Of a DNA stretch of 64,000 bases, positions 38,870 to 51,452 are shown piece by piece. Numbering within the stretch: the first letter of the stretch is position 1; every line of letters starts with the position of its first letter. Location: NCBI GenBank assembly GCA_030770535.1, contig JASVEC010000029.1, forward strand, positions 186,001-250,000, in the 5' to 3' direction. The translations under genes and the position numbers were made by a program. The stretch is from Batkoa obscura (Eukaryota). The notes below the pieces were generated by a model that was given only the letters and a program-made list of their open reading frames with translations, was not told the origin of the DNA and ran no database searches.

Positions 38870-40275
38870 AGTGCAGTAAAATAAAAGATAGAAATTTTAT
38901 TTTAAAGAAAAGTAAAATAGAGGGCTATTTATAGCCAAATGGATGGTTCAATTAATAACTAAAATAGGGGGCTACGATTTAAATAAAAACGAGAAACTAA
39001 TCCCTTTTAATTGGAAATTAAAGTATTATTTTAACAATTTCCTACTTAAGTTGAACAGCTTTATTATTATTGGGGTTTTTATTTTTAATCTGGGGCCATT
39101 AAATTTATTTAATTTTTCATTTTATGCAGCTGTTTGTAGTTTGTTTACATGCGTTTAATCTATTAAGGAAGGGTAGTAATATATTTTTAAACATATTACA
39201 ATAATTATATATCATATTCTGAACAGCTTATCTGGATACTAATTGTGTTGTATCTATATTATGGCCCAAATATTTAAAGTAAAACTATTTTTGCTTAAGT
39301 AAATGATTATATGTTTCAACCTGAAAGAAAGAAATAGATTTGACGGGATTTTAAACAAAGTTTATTAGCATTTAGACTGCATTTATGCAAGTTAATCTTA
39401 TTAAATGTTAAAAAACTCCGAATATAGAAATAGTTAGATCATTTTATAGCTATTAGTGGGTAATCCTATTTTTATTCAAATATTTTATAATGATAAAAGC
39501 TTAATCACACCAAAGTAGTTGAAAAACATTTAAATGATAAGCTACTATTAGTACTATTATCACAATAAAAGTTAGGGTTGTGTCAATTCTTTTATCACCA
39601 AAACTATAATCATAATATTAATCAAGGATGATACAATGGTAAAATAATAGATTTCAAAATTGATACAGATTTAATAAATTTAGCTAAGATGGAAATCCGC
39701 GTCAAAGCTTGATCGTTGCATCTAATGACCCACCCATCAAATTTGATTTAACCAAAGAGCATACTTGATATATTTACTAATAGCCACTTTTTTCGATTAA
39801 ATAAAGGATAATTTAATTCATCTTTGTTGTTAAAAGAATATAAATGAGGCTCAAATATCGATCGTTCAAATTGATTCTTAAAATATTTATTTTTACTCTT
39901 ATTTCAATCAAAGAAATTATCAAAATGTAAGTTAAATAACAGACTAGCTGATAAATGCATTGTAAATATTTTGTTTAGGATTATAGATTTTTTAATGTTA
40001 TGTGTATTAAAATTTCGATATGAATCAAGATCTTGATAATTAAAAATCGATTTAAGATTGAGAAATAAAATACACCCTACAATTGTAGAAGTTGTAAAAA
40101 GTTAATAACAAGTAAATAAAGTAGTCAATAACATTTTAATTAAATGCTAACATCAATATTTAATTAAAATATTTAATTAAACGACCCTATCCTTTTAGAT
40201 TATAATTTAAGTCTTTTTTCGCTTTAAGTTACTTTTATAGACTGAAATAAAATTTTCATTTCAAATCCTCTTTTA

Positions 40276-40748
40276 CAGCTGGGTTCATCTCAAATTAAAA
40301 ATAAATAACGGTATTTTTTAAAATTAGCTATTTGGTTAATTAATTTTTTTAAAGTTTGCTGCTTAAAAAATCGACAATTTGCATTGGTGTTTATAATGCT
40401 AAACTAGAAGATTATTTATAAATAAATGTAATCTAGTATGTTACTATTTTGATTGTTATCATTGCTAGTATCTTTTTCTTGTATTTATAATTTTAAAATA
40501 AAAGAAAGTTAAAACGTTTGACAATTTTTAATTTTCATTTTAAATTTAATAGTATAAAAGCGATTTATCAGTGAAATTATCATAGGTTAATAAGAAAAAA
40601 ACTAGTTTAAGTCAATTTGTAAATTATATTTTGTTAAAATGTGGCACAAGTTGTAATTAAAAATTTTAGCCGAATTTTACTAGTATTTTAAACCTATTTT
40701 TTATTTAAATAAACTGTCTTTTATTTTCAATTTGAGGTGAACCAACTA
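40276..40748. mobile_element. TIR element family C (~470 bp; Tc1/mariner-like TA|CAG termini)
   Basis: Left end TA|CAGCTGGGTTCATCTCAAATTAAAAATAAA vs right end (rc) TAGTTGGTTCACCTCAAATTGAAAATAAA; no ORF. Confidence 0.68.
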
Positions 40749-43699
40749 CATTAAATTATTTTTCTGTTAGTTTTAGGATGATTAACCTTTAATCAAATCG
40801 AACTCTTTAATTTATCTATATATGCTATCTTATTTGTAATTGTACTTTTATGAATTTTATAAAAAAACTTTAGACTATTATTTCAGCATCAATTTTGTAT
40901 ACATACACACATTTATTGGCAAAGTATATAATCTTGTTTAGTATATAAGATCATAGTTTCAGGAATGTGATAATTTTCTATTGACCAAGGCTAGATCAGT
41001 ATAATTATCTTTAGCATTTCAAAGTCCAATTAATATACTGAAAAAATAATTGAAAATTTAAGATTTACCCAAATTACCCAAAATTTGCATTTAAAAATTT
41101 GAAAATACAATAAAACAATTGCCCATTGAGACTTGAGGTTTAAAAATAAGGATCTAGAACTTGAGTTAAATTAAAACTAAACTAAAATTAATTAAATTTC
41201 ACGAAATATTACTATATTTCATGGAGCATCTAACTGTAATGTGTACGTTTTGTTGGCAGCTAAAGCTCCCTTTTCCTTATAAATATAAAATAGTTGAATA
41301 AGGTGATGATACTATACTTATTCTAGCTTTAGACTAGATGCTTTTTATTCATTTACATTCTACATTTGAATTTAACATCTCGTATTAGAATATTAGATCA
41401 TTTTGTTTGAATTTACTACCATCGACCTATCTCATGACTTAGTTTAAAATCTAATTTTGTGTAGTGAGCATATAAGCCATTGAATTTACGTTTCCTATTT
41501 TAAACTTTCCCTTTCTTAGGATAGTATGTTCAACTATATATTACGACTACTCCTTAAAGCAGTAGATTTAACATTATATTGGAGCTACTAGTTAAATTAG
41601 GGGAGCTTATTTCGATCATTTACCCATTACAGCCAAATGTAATCTTATTCTTCATGTCTTTGTTTCAAAAATTGACTAAAGCTACCATTAGGAATAACTT
41701 TTTGGAATATTTTTAAATTCGTGTTAGTTTCAAGTCAATTTTCTCAACTCATTTTGGTTTTATAGCATGTTTATGCATCTTATATTGTATATCAAGTACG
41801 AAAAAATAGACACAATTAATCTTTTAATTGGTACAACCCCAAATTTAATAAAAATAATCTTAACTAATTAAATATCTAAATTCACTTATTATATAAACTC
41901 AATTGGTTGCCACTATTTTACAAAATTTGAACTTTTACCAATTGAGAGGTCAACTGTGTATTTTGTACTTAGTTATACTACTTTAAGCCGATACTTATAA
42001 AGTGAAAACCACCTCGATCTTTTATGATCAATGTGGAACTTTTTCAAGGACTATAATAACGCAAGATACTAAAATGATGGTCTAACATCAAATTTAAACT
42101 TTTACTTTCAACTGCATCAAGTATTACTCAAATATCAATACATTCATTTTTATAGGAACTAGATAATTATTCTTTGTCGATAAGTAAAGCTAAATTTGAA
42201 CCCACCATTGATGGGAAGTTAGTATAAAAATTACTATAAAAATTAATATAAAAATTAATGCGAAGAATATTACGAGAAATTCCTCAACTTTGATATATTT
42301 AACATTATTTACATTCTACTTTATCATTAATAACCTTGGCTAAAGTAGCTTGTTAAACGGATAAAAAATACTATTTTGATATTAAAATATAAAGCACTTT
42401 AACACAATGAAAATAAACTATATGTAAAGCATTTTAAATGATATTTGGACTCCTGAATTGAACTGATAATATAATATGTGGGGATATGCTAATAACAAAG
42501 CTTAAAATCTAGTATAGATTTATACATTCCAGATTCTTTTCCATTTATACTATAACATTACTTTGTAATTATATTTGTTGAATTACATCTAACAAACCCG
42601 ATGTATACTAAAGGCATAATTTATATCATAATATATCATCACAATAAAATATTAAACTTAGTCTTTATGATTGAAGTATTTATATACATATTAGTAAAAA
42701 GTTCTATATATCTTATTATGCCAATAATTATAGTTGTGAAATTTTATGAGTGGATACTTAGGATTTATATTAAACTTAGGATTTATATTAAACTTAGCTT
42801 AGATATTAAGTTTGATTCTAAATATAGGTCTTTTGACATCAGTATTAATATTAAAATGACAATGTAGGATTATGTCAAAATGTACTTACAATGTTATTTT
42901 GAACATAGCCCCAGTAAATATAGTTTTAGTGAATGGTCAAATCTAGTGGAGTATATAACTCTATCAACATTATGATCAATCTCAAATAATATAACATAAC
43001 GATCTTATGAAGATGAGGATGTCTTTTTTATTTCATTTCATCTATTTTTCATTTTTTATTTGACAAAATTAAAAAAATTATTAACTAATGCTGAAACAAT
43101 AAAGGTATTCCCAGATGTTTTATTTGGAAGTTGCATTTATTTTTTAAGACAAATTACATGAAGCTTTAACATTAAATCAAATAAGAGGAGTTTTATACAA
43201 AAACTGTCAAAACATTAAAAAGGATAATGTACAATAATACTATGCTTAGAAACACTACGTTGGTATCATAAAATACATAAGCTAAGCCCTTTTAAAATAT
43301 AGAGAAACTTTTAGGCATTTAAACTTCTGTAAATAATAAATTAATATGTACATAGCCTATACAATTTGATTATCGCATTGAAAAACATAATTATTCAAAT
43401 AGTAAGCAAAATAGTAGCTTTATTTCGGCTTCTCTGGGTCTCATAACAGCTTTATGTGTCATATTCAAATAGTTACTTTTGTACCATCTCCTTTCATTAT
43501 CCGCTGCTGATTTACCACCTTTGTAAAGCTTTACAAGCTTATGATTTTTTATAAACACGTTACATCTGCCTTCAAGTAGCTTTATTTAAAAGAGAAAATT
43601 AATTAACTTGAACCTAAACTAGATGCCTTAAAACTAATAGTTAGTTGAGACCAAAGTTGAATAATCTTTTTTTGTAATAGAACCGTTGATTTTTTATGC

Positions 43700-43802
43700 A
43701 TTGGGGATGTTTTTTAGTTTCATCACTTTTTCCATTTTTTAAGTGCTATTTGAGTAGAAAGGTTGTCAGTAAAATTCTTAAACAAAAAAATATATCTCTA
43801 TT
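43700..43802 (-). mobile_element. MITE family A copy 11
   Basis: tggggatgttttttagtttcatcactttttcc...aacaaaaaaatatatctcta. Confidence 0.85.
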
Positions 43803-46417
43803 AATTATCCTTAATTATTAAATATAATGGTTCAAATCAGCCAGGTTTATATTATATATATAACATTAAAGATCTTGATACTAACATAATGGATACCAGA
43901 AACTTTATTGAAATATCTAGTTATAAACAATAAATAATTTTACCTTAATATATGAAATAATACAGTTTTTGTCTCATAATTTTAATTTTCTCAATAGCTA
44001 AATCTAAAGAGGGCATATATTTTTCCAAAACTTATTTTACTACTTCTAAGCTAAATAATCTTTTCTTAAGAACCTGCCAACTTTTTAAAACCGATGGCGC
44101 TTTACTTCAATCTGAAACGTAAATAGAAAAACGGGTAAAGTTTATGATACATTAATTTCCTTACTAAAGGTTAGGGCTAAAATATGACTATTAAGTGATA
44201 AAGTCCACAGGTTTAGTTTTCAAAAAGTTTTAATTTTCTACTTGTTTATTTTTGTTTAGTATAGTAACTAAAGATGTATCTATTATAATTTAAACACGAT
44301 ATTCATAAATAAAATTAAACGTCTTATCTAAAAATAAAACTAATGTTATTTTTAACTAATAAGCTCATAATGTTTGTGCATATTTTAATTGATGTAACTT
44401 ATAAATATCATAAAGATATAAAGGAATGACTATATTAAGGAAACTCCGTATTTACAAAACTAGCAATATCTATATATCATCTTTCAATGGCTTAATTTTA
44501 AAAATCATATATAGATTATATCTCCTATATTTAAACTAAAATTCAAAGCTTTGAATTATATTCAGATAAAATAAAGTTTTTATTTAATACAAAACTATAT
44601 TAATTAGATTTAATGGTATCTTAAATTATAAGTTCTTGATAAAACACTCTTATTAAACATTAAAGTAAAAATTTAATATCAATACAAAAATGAGGGTATT
44701 TTTGATTAAAGTAATGAATGGGTTTTAAACACCCTTTAATATAATTTAATATCATATTCTATATTTACTATTTAGACTCTTATTATTAATTTTAACAACT
44801 TGATAAAAGGTTTATGATCTAATTAATGACCTTTCTTCTAAAAAGAAGATAATTTAGATTCTAGATTACAATATTTTAATTTAATCATTATTTTTTACTT
44901 CCTTGGCATAAACCAATATACTTTGCTACAACGGAAAAAAATAACTTATATTACTAGTAACGACTATAAAGTTACTTTGCGAATTATTGCCCGCGTTCCT
45001 TATCAATATTTAATCTCGATATTAAGTGACTGCTTTCATGATTAGTAAATGATAAAAAATACCCTGCGCTATAATCCAAAAACATAATTTGTCATGATAA
45101 CTGAAACTAATTAAAAAGCAAACATAGTAGTATCTATAATGTAACTCCTTAAATAGTTTGAAAATAAAAGTTGTTCCGTAACTTTACCGATTGATGTTTT
45201 AGTTTTTTTAATAAACTTAATGAAATTGAGAATATGTTACACTTCTTCAATTTTGAAGCAACTTTATAAACTGTATTTTTAATCACCACATTTTGAGTTT
45301 ATTCTGGTTAATTAGATTTGGAGGTAAATTAATCTTTGTTTAAGGGTTATATGTAGTTTGTACAGTTCCCGATTACTAAACAAAGCTAAAGCAAACTAAA
45401 TCAACAAATTCCCTGTTTATAACCTAAAGATTGGTGATAATAATAAAATTTTGGTGCTTTTAAGAATAGTTTTATATAACAATGCCCTTAAAACAAGGAC
45501 AACGTTTGAATATTTTGATTGAAAGCTTCAGGAGATTTAAAAAAAGGATAGTTTTTTTTATCAATAAGAACAGGATTTTTTATAATTTAGTAGACAAAAT
45601 AATATGTTGATAAAATTTAAATAAAGGGAAACTATTAATTATGAAATATTTTTAACGTTATCTAATTTATTTCTTTTTAACCATTAGTTTCTACATTTTT
45701 GGAAATATTTGGTGTTCAAAAATACTTTATATTAAATTATTTAAAAAGTAAACAGCATTAACATGTAACTTTAAATGCTTTCAAGTAGTAAATAATTTAT
45801 CATATTGCCAATGAACTTTAAAGAAGTCAAAATCGTAATAATATTTTTTATCCTTTTTTATTTTAAAAAGCAGCAAAGCAAAACATTGCAAACTATAACT
45901 AAAACAAAACTAACAATTATTTTAGTCTACTTTTAAAAAAGGGATAATCAAGGTAAAAAAACAAGTAGTGATTTAGAGTTATATTTTTAGTTAACCTGAA
46001 TTTACTGAAGTTCCTATCTAGTACAAAAACTAACTTTTTTTCGGTATAACTCAACTAAGAACTAATAGTTCAATTTAAGCCACATATAATATTATAAATA
46101 AATTTAACCAAAATGGGCTAAAGATTTATAAAATAGGTTACTACTAACATGGCTGTAAATAAATACCATGCAAAAGCTAAATGGACAAAATTTAAATTTT
46201 ACGTTGAAAATTTAGTAGTAGATTGCCTAAGTTGGTAAAATCATTCACAAGGTTAATGGATATTTAGTAGATAGTTGAAAATGAGATTCTTAAAACTTAG
46301 CGATTTAACCCAATTTAGACTACCCCAAAAAAATCATTTAGTATTTTAGAAAAAGTATATAAGTAATCAATATTCTACTACTCTTTTAATTTAAATTTTT
46401 ATCAGTTCTAAAGTAAA

Positions 46418-46840
46418 ATGAGTAAATATTCAAATCAATATAGTTTACATTTGCCAAACCCATTTGAGTTCAGACCAAGGAGCTATATCTCTTCAAGTAG
46501 TGCCTCCCCAAACACTGAATGCACTGAAACATTCTTAAGTAGAGATAACTTAAAACTACCCCCATTAGAACCTAATTCGCAATATAATATGCCTTTACCT
46601 TCCCTTGCCGAAGCTTTAAATGGGAAGCCGCTTAAGAGTAAAAATGGGTATGCCTTTATAAGTTTATTTAATGAGGCTATCCAAAAAAGACCACGTAGAC
46701 GATATCATGAAGTTGAAAGGTTTTATAAATGCTTACATCCTAATTGTGATAAATCATATGGTGCATTAAATCATTTAAACGCGCATATTGTAGCTCAAAG
46801 CCATGGCACAAAGAGAAGAGCTAGTGAATTTAAAAATTAG
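46418..46840 (+). CDS. CON7: Con7-like C2H2 transcription factor, paralog 2
   Basis: QKRPRRRYHEVERFYKCLHPNCDKSYGALNHLNAHIVAQSHGTKRRASEFK; LKLPPL and LPSLAEAL motifs. Confidence 0.9.
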   Translation: MSKYSNQYSLHLPNPFEFRPRSYISSSSASPNTECTETFLSRDNLKLPPLEPNSQYNMPLPSLAEALNGKPLKSKNGYAFISLFNEAIQKRPRRRYHEVERFYKCLHPNCDKSYGALNHLNAHIVAQSHGTKRRASEFKN

Positions 46841-48246
46841 CCATAGTATATTTTGTAGATTAATTTTTTAACGCTTATTATTTAGTAAAATTTCATTATA
46901 TTTAAAAATTCATATTTCAAGGTTTTTTATTGTGTTAAACTATTGAAAGTAGGATATTGCTTTATTATGAACTTTGAGCTAAAATATTTATTCTAACTTT
47001 ATAGCTTAAATCAAGCTATTAAAAATTAGCCTTGAAATTAAATTTCATTCTATTAGCCAATAATTTTTAAGAAAAATGCCCTGAAACAAAAAAATGGCTT
47101 TAATTGCAACCACATTATCTTAGGCAATTTTAATTTTAAAATAAAATTCATTAATAAACCTCAAAAGATAGATATTTCATATCAATAAGACATTAATTCT
47201 TAATCAAGTTGTAAATTAATATCTAAATTAAGGTTAAATTTTTATTTTTATTTTAAATTCAGCCAATATAATTCAATTAGAATTGGACTTATTTTTGAGA
47301 TACTTGCTAATAAAACCCCAACTTAGCTTGGTACACATTGCATGGACTTCTTTCGAAAAGCTATTAATAGAAAAGGAGCTTAGATACATAAACAAAATAT
47401 TTGAACACGCTAATACACCTATAGAATGATGTTAGTTTTATTATTACTTTATTTAAAAGGAAGATTGTCGGAAATTAATACTTTTGAATTTTCAAAATAT
47501 AAATAGATTTAAGAAAACCCACATTCAATAAAGTGGAAGGAAGAAAAAACCAAATTGATTGGCTTATTAAAGAAATAGATTTAAGGGCGCTTTGAGAGTA
47601 GTACAGGTTTAAAATTAAGCGAAAATTTACCTTGTTTAGTATTTAGATCCATTCTACTCCACATCAAATGGTGCTTTTATCTACCTTAAATCGGCTATAC
47701 TTTTATTTTTCGGTGCTTACACGATTTAATTTATGCAAAAAGATCGCACAATACCTTTTGCATATAGTAAACCTAAGTTGGTGTATTTTCTTTAGTTCAT
47801 CATTATATTTTATATGTATTTTTTACCAAAATAGTGAATTGAACAATTATTAATGATAAAAATAATGTTGGTTTTTCTTGTATTACTAATGCTATAATAA
47901 AGACTGAAAACTCATCTAATAAGTTTGGGGTTATAAACATGGAAAAAATAATCCGACATTAAGTTTATGTCATAAAAGGCATGCTGAAATTAGTAATTTT
48001 TACAATATAAGGTCACACTTTGGATAATGAAAATAATACTGAAGTTAATTTTGAGGATTATAAACTCGATCAAATCTTTTAGAATAAATTCCCAATATGC
48101 TTTGCTTTTTATTACAACTACATCAAAAATAGGTTTGTTTGAAATAAACACTGCTTTATAGTAATGACTTTGTAAAAATAAGATAAAAGTTTAGAAATGG
48201 CTCAATAAGGCAAATATAATAAATTTATTAAAACTTTAAAAAAACA

Positions 48247-48349
48247 TATGAGGATACTTTTTTTAGTTTCATTACTTTTTCCATTTTTAAGCGTTATTTG
48301 AGCGGAAAGATTGTTAGTAAAAACCTTAAACAAAAAAGACATTCTTATA
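48247..48349 (-). mobile_element. MITE family A copy 12
   Basis: ...ccatttttaagcgttatttgagcggaaagattgttagtaaaa... Confidence 0.85.
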
Positions 48350-48965
48350 TGCAAATTTTACTTAAAGACGCAATTAGCATTAAAAATTGATAGTGACAAT
48401 GGTTGCATCATCCAAAATGCACTGCTATTTCAAAAAATTAACTACAATTTCAAACAAAGGGTTAGTATAAATGAAGTTTCCAGCTTTGACTAAAGTTAGG
48501 ATAAGTTATTTTGGCCAATAATATAGCTTTATTTTGACAATGATTGGCTTGCGTAAAAAACCACATTGATTTGTTGGCATGCAGTTGCAGAAAACTATTA
48601 AACTCTGACCCTACCATCCCTAATCCTAACCTTTAACCCCTAACTGTAACAAAAAAAGGATTTTATTCGTTAATTAAAACAAATTAGAGTTATTGAATCT
48701 TAAATTTATTACCCTCTTATTGCTCAATTACCATAACTATGAAGTTATAGTAATTAGATTTATATTTTCCCTTAAGTGAATTAAAAAACTTTCGTTATTG
48801 ACATTAAGTAATTATTAAAGATCATATATTATAAAATCATGGAATTTACTTAAACTTAGTAGCTTTAAATTAAACTACTAAGTGACTTTTTTGTCTTTTG
48901 TTTCAATTAAAATTAAAGTTAGTTTTAAAATAAAATTTGATTGATTTTTAACTTCATGACAGAGA

Positions 48966-49071
48966 TATGGGAATGTATTTTTTTGTTTGAGAATTTTACT
49001 AACACTTTTTCCGCTCAAATAGCGCTTAAAAAATGGAAAAAGTGATGAAACCAAAAAAAAACATTCCCATA
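48966..49071 (+). mobile_element. MITE family A copy 13
   Basis: Near-consensus copy; termini tatgggaatgt / acattcccata are perfectly inverted. Confidence 0.9.
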
Positions 49072-49337
49072 TATTCTAACTAAAAATAAATTTAAAAACA
49101 TCCATTATAAAAAATATTTGTTGTATTTAAAAAACTATAGTTAAAAATTAAGGTTATAATTTATATTACACAAATAAAACCTTAAAAAAGTTTTAAAATT
49201 ACTTTTGTTTGATATTGCAGGTTCTGTTTAGATTGATACAGGTTTTTTGAATATATAAATGTTTTTTATTTTATCTTTATTTTTATTTTACAAATTGATT
49301 TAAAGCATAAAATAGCTTTTATAGCTTGTTATATATA

Positions 49338-49441
49338 TATGGGGATGTATTTTTTTGTTTAAGAATTTTATTAACAATCTTTCCGCTGAAATAGCGCTTA
49401 AAAATGGAAAAAATAATGAAACCAAAAAAAACACCCTCATA
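49338..49441 (+). mobile_element. MITE family A copy 14
   Basis: Near-consensus copy next to a (TA)n tract; carries the ccgctGaaatag variant. Confidence 0.9.
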
Positions 49442-49479
49442 TATCTTAAAAGGCTTTCACTCCAAATACTTTATTTGTT

Positions 49480-49730
49480 ATATAAAGAGAATACATGAAG
49501 AGCTGACACTCTAACAATAGTGCAATGAAGAAATTACTTTGAGAGGTGGGTATTTTGTCCAGTATATTCCTGCCCTTGTGTGAGTTAAATAAACAGTGAT
49601 GGCGCCATTTTAATTTAACCCTCTAAAGGTTTTTTCAACTATGGAGGATAGAGGTTAGAGAGAAGGGATGCGAGTGACTACCGTGAGAGAGCTGGTAAGC
49701 AGTGTAATTGCGGATATTATTACATAATTA
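49480..49730 (+). mobile_element. Degraded non-LTR retrotransposon (LINE ORF2 C-terminal zinc-knuckle-like) remnant
   Basis: With one frameshift it reads RADTLTIVQ*RNYFERW...YSC/PLCELNKQ*WRHFNLT.*RFFQLWR, resembling the C-x2-C...H zf-RVT region; locally GC-richer; A-rich tail follows. Confidence 0.4.
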
Positions 49731-49819
49731 AATAAAAGCTGTATGTGAAAAAAAGTATATAAAAAAGTAATAAATATGAAATGAAACTTTACATGAAAAA
49801 AATAATTATAAGTTTCATA

Positions 49820-49888
49820 TATGGGGATGTATTTTTATGTTTAATAATTTTACTAACAATTTTTCCACTCAAAAATACATCCCCCATA
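49820..49888. mobile_element. MITE family A rearranged copy 15 (two left ends, ~70 bp)
   Basis: The left half up to ccactcaaa is fused to aaatacatcccccata, the reverse complement of the left terminus. Confidence 0.8.
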
Positions 49889-49989
49889 TGAGGGTGTTTT
49901 TTTGGTTTCATTATTTTTTCCATTTTTAAGCGCTATTTCAGCGGAAAGATTGTTAGTAAAATTCTTAAACAAAAAAATACGCCCCCATA
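49887..49989 (-). mobile_element. MITE family A copy 16
   Basis: Inverted near-twin of copy 14; shares its TA with copy 15. Confidence 0.9.
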
Positions 49990-50762
49990 TATTAAATTTA
50001 AAAGATTATCAGCATTTATAGATTTAATAAGTTATTTATAAAAATAAAAAATTAGTAAATATTTTACTTTAATTACAAATAATGGCTCAAATGCTCAGCT
50101 ATTTGATTCTTAATTTTGTAATAGATATTTGATTTTTAGAACAAAGCATCAATATATATGAGTAAGTTCAAAAGCTTGATTAAAATTAAGTAAAATTTTT
50201 CAATTCACTTTTTGTCCATTTCCTATGTAGCGTAAAATTTGAAAAAACTAATAAGTAAAACTAGACAAAAAAACATTCCAACGAATTATTTTAAAATTAA
50301 GCAAAAAAGTAATATTTTGGTAGCACTTAGTGCTTAAGTTGCAATTTTGATCCATGACTAGCAATAATTAGGGAGGTTTTCTACATTAATCCCTTTAATT
50401 GCAATAATACTACTTTATTACTCATCTTTTGTTCATTTTTTTTATTTTAAGAAGCCTTATTATATATTATATCATATACTTATGTATTATGAAAGTCATA
50501 TTATACTATTATAATATTAAACTGACTACTATTTGATCTTTTATAAACTTTATCTTCTTCAAATGATAAAATTCATTTACCCCTTAAAGAACTATAATTT
50601 GTATAAAATACTATTATAAAATTTGAAAAAAAGGTGTTGTTAAAATTAAAATTTATTAAATAAATAGACTGTATTGCAAGGAAAGGTAGATACAACTAGG
50701 ATAAAAAAGTTATCAAGATATAATACAAGAGGGAAATGCATAGCATAAGTGCAGAAAAAAAC

Positions 50763-51452
50763 TTAACTTAAAAAGCGGGTAATATGATGAAATTCTTCCG
50801 CTTTTCTCTTTCTTTTTTTGTCATGATGGGTATAGATATGAGTATTGAGATGATTCAAAGCACCATAACTTTTATCGCAACCAAGATAATCGCATCTAAA
50901 GACTCGATTAACTTCATGATGCTTTTTCCTTGGCCTTTTTTTATGTCCATCTGGACTTTGAAGGTAGTTATCATTGCTTAAGCTATCTGGTCCTCTATTA
51001 TAGGGCGAATAAAAATTATCCATATAATCGGATCTAACTCCATGTCTATAAAGTACTGGATCAGTTCTTAAAAAGCTGGATTCCCTAGGATAATTATGAC
51101 AGCTGGTATCATAGGGCTTTAAGTTGGCTTCCGACATTTTTCTAGTTCTTATATCATTATAATTACCAGGAGTTGGCACTATATGGGTATTATCGATGCG
51201 TGGGGATCTTAAAAGTTCTCTTAAGGAAGGAAGTCTAACACTCCGGCAATGATGATTAAAGTCATTGAATCCATGGTTTGGTAAGCCCGAAACGGCTTTG
51301 GTTTCATTGGTATAATGATATGAAGGGCTTGTTTCATAGTGGCTCGACATAGATTGTCGTGAATGGTGTTGGCGATACTCATAGTTATTGTATCTATTTG
51401 GGGAAATAATAGGAGAATTAAAAGTCTGACGCTGAGTAGTATACGTATTCAT
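50763..51452 (-). CDS. CON7: Con7-like C2H2 transcription factor, paralog 3
   Basis: KKRPRKKHHEVNRVFRCDYLGCDKSYGALNHLNTHIYTHHDKKRKRKAEEF; VRLPSLRELL motif. Confidence 0.88.
   Translation of the reverse strand: MNTYTTQRQTFNSPIISPNRYNNYEYRQHHSRQSMSSHYETSPSYHYTNETKAVSGLPNHGFNDFNHHCRSVRLPSLRELLRSPRIDNTHIVPTPGNYNDIRTRKMSEANLKPYDTSCHNYPRESSFLRTDPVLYRHGVRSDYMDNFYSPYNRGPDSLSNDNYLQSPDGHKKRPRKKHHEVNRVFRCDYLGCDKSYGALNHLNTHIYTHHDKKRKRKAEEFHHITRFLS

Noticed and set aside
47300..47680. Possible LINE-derived coding remnant (also ~41200-42200 and ~53500-53900)
   Set aside because: No diagnostic motif could be read with confidence by eye.
48854..48883. Small palindromes (ACTTAGTAG..CTACTAAGT here; others at ~5466, ~33913 and ~58956)
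   Set aside because: Short, single-copy and expected by chance at this AT content; no supporting context.
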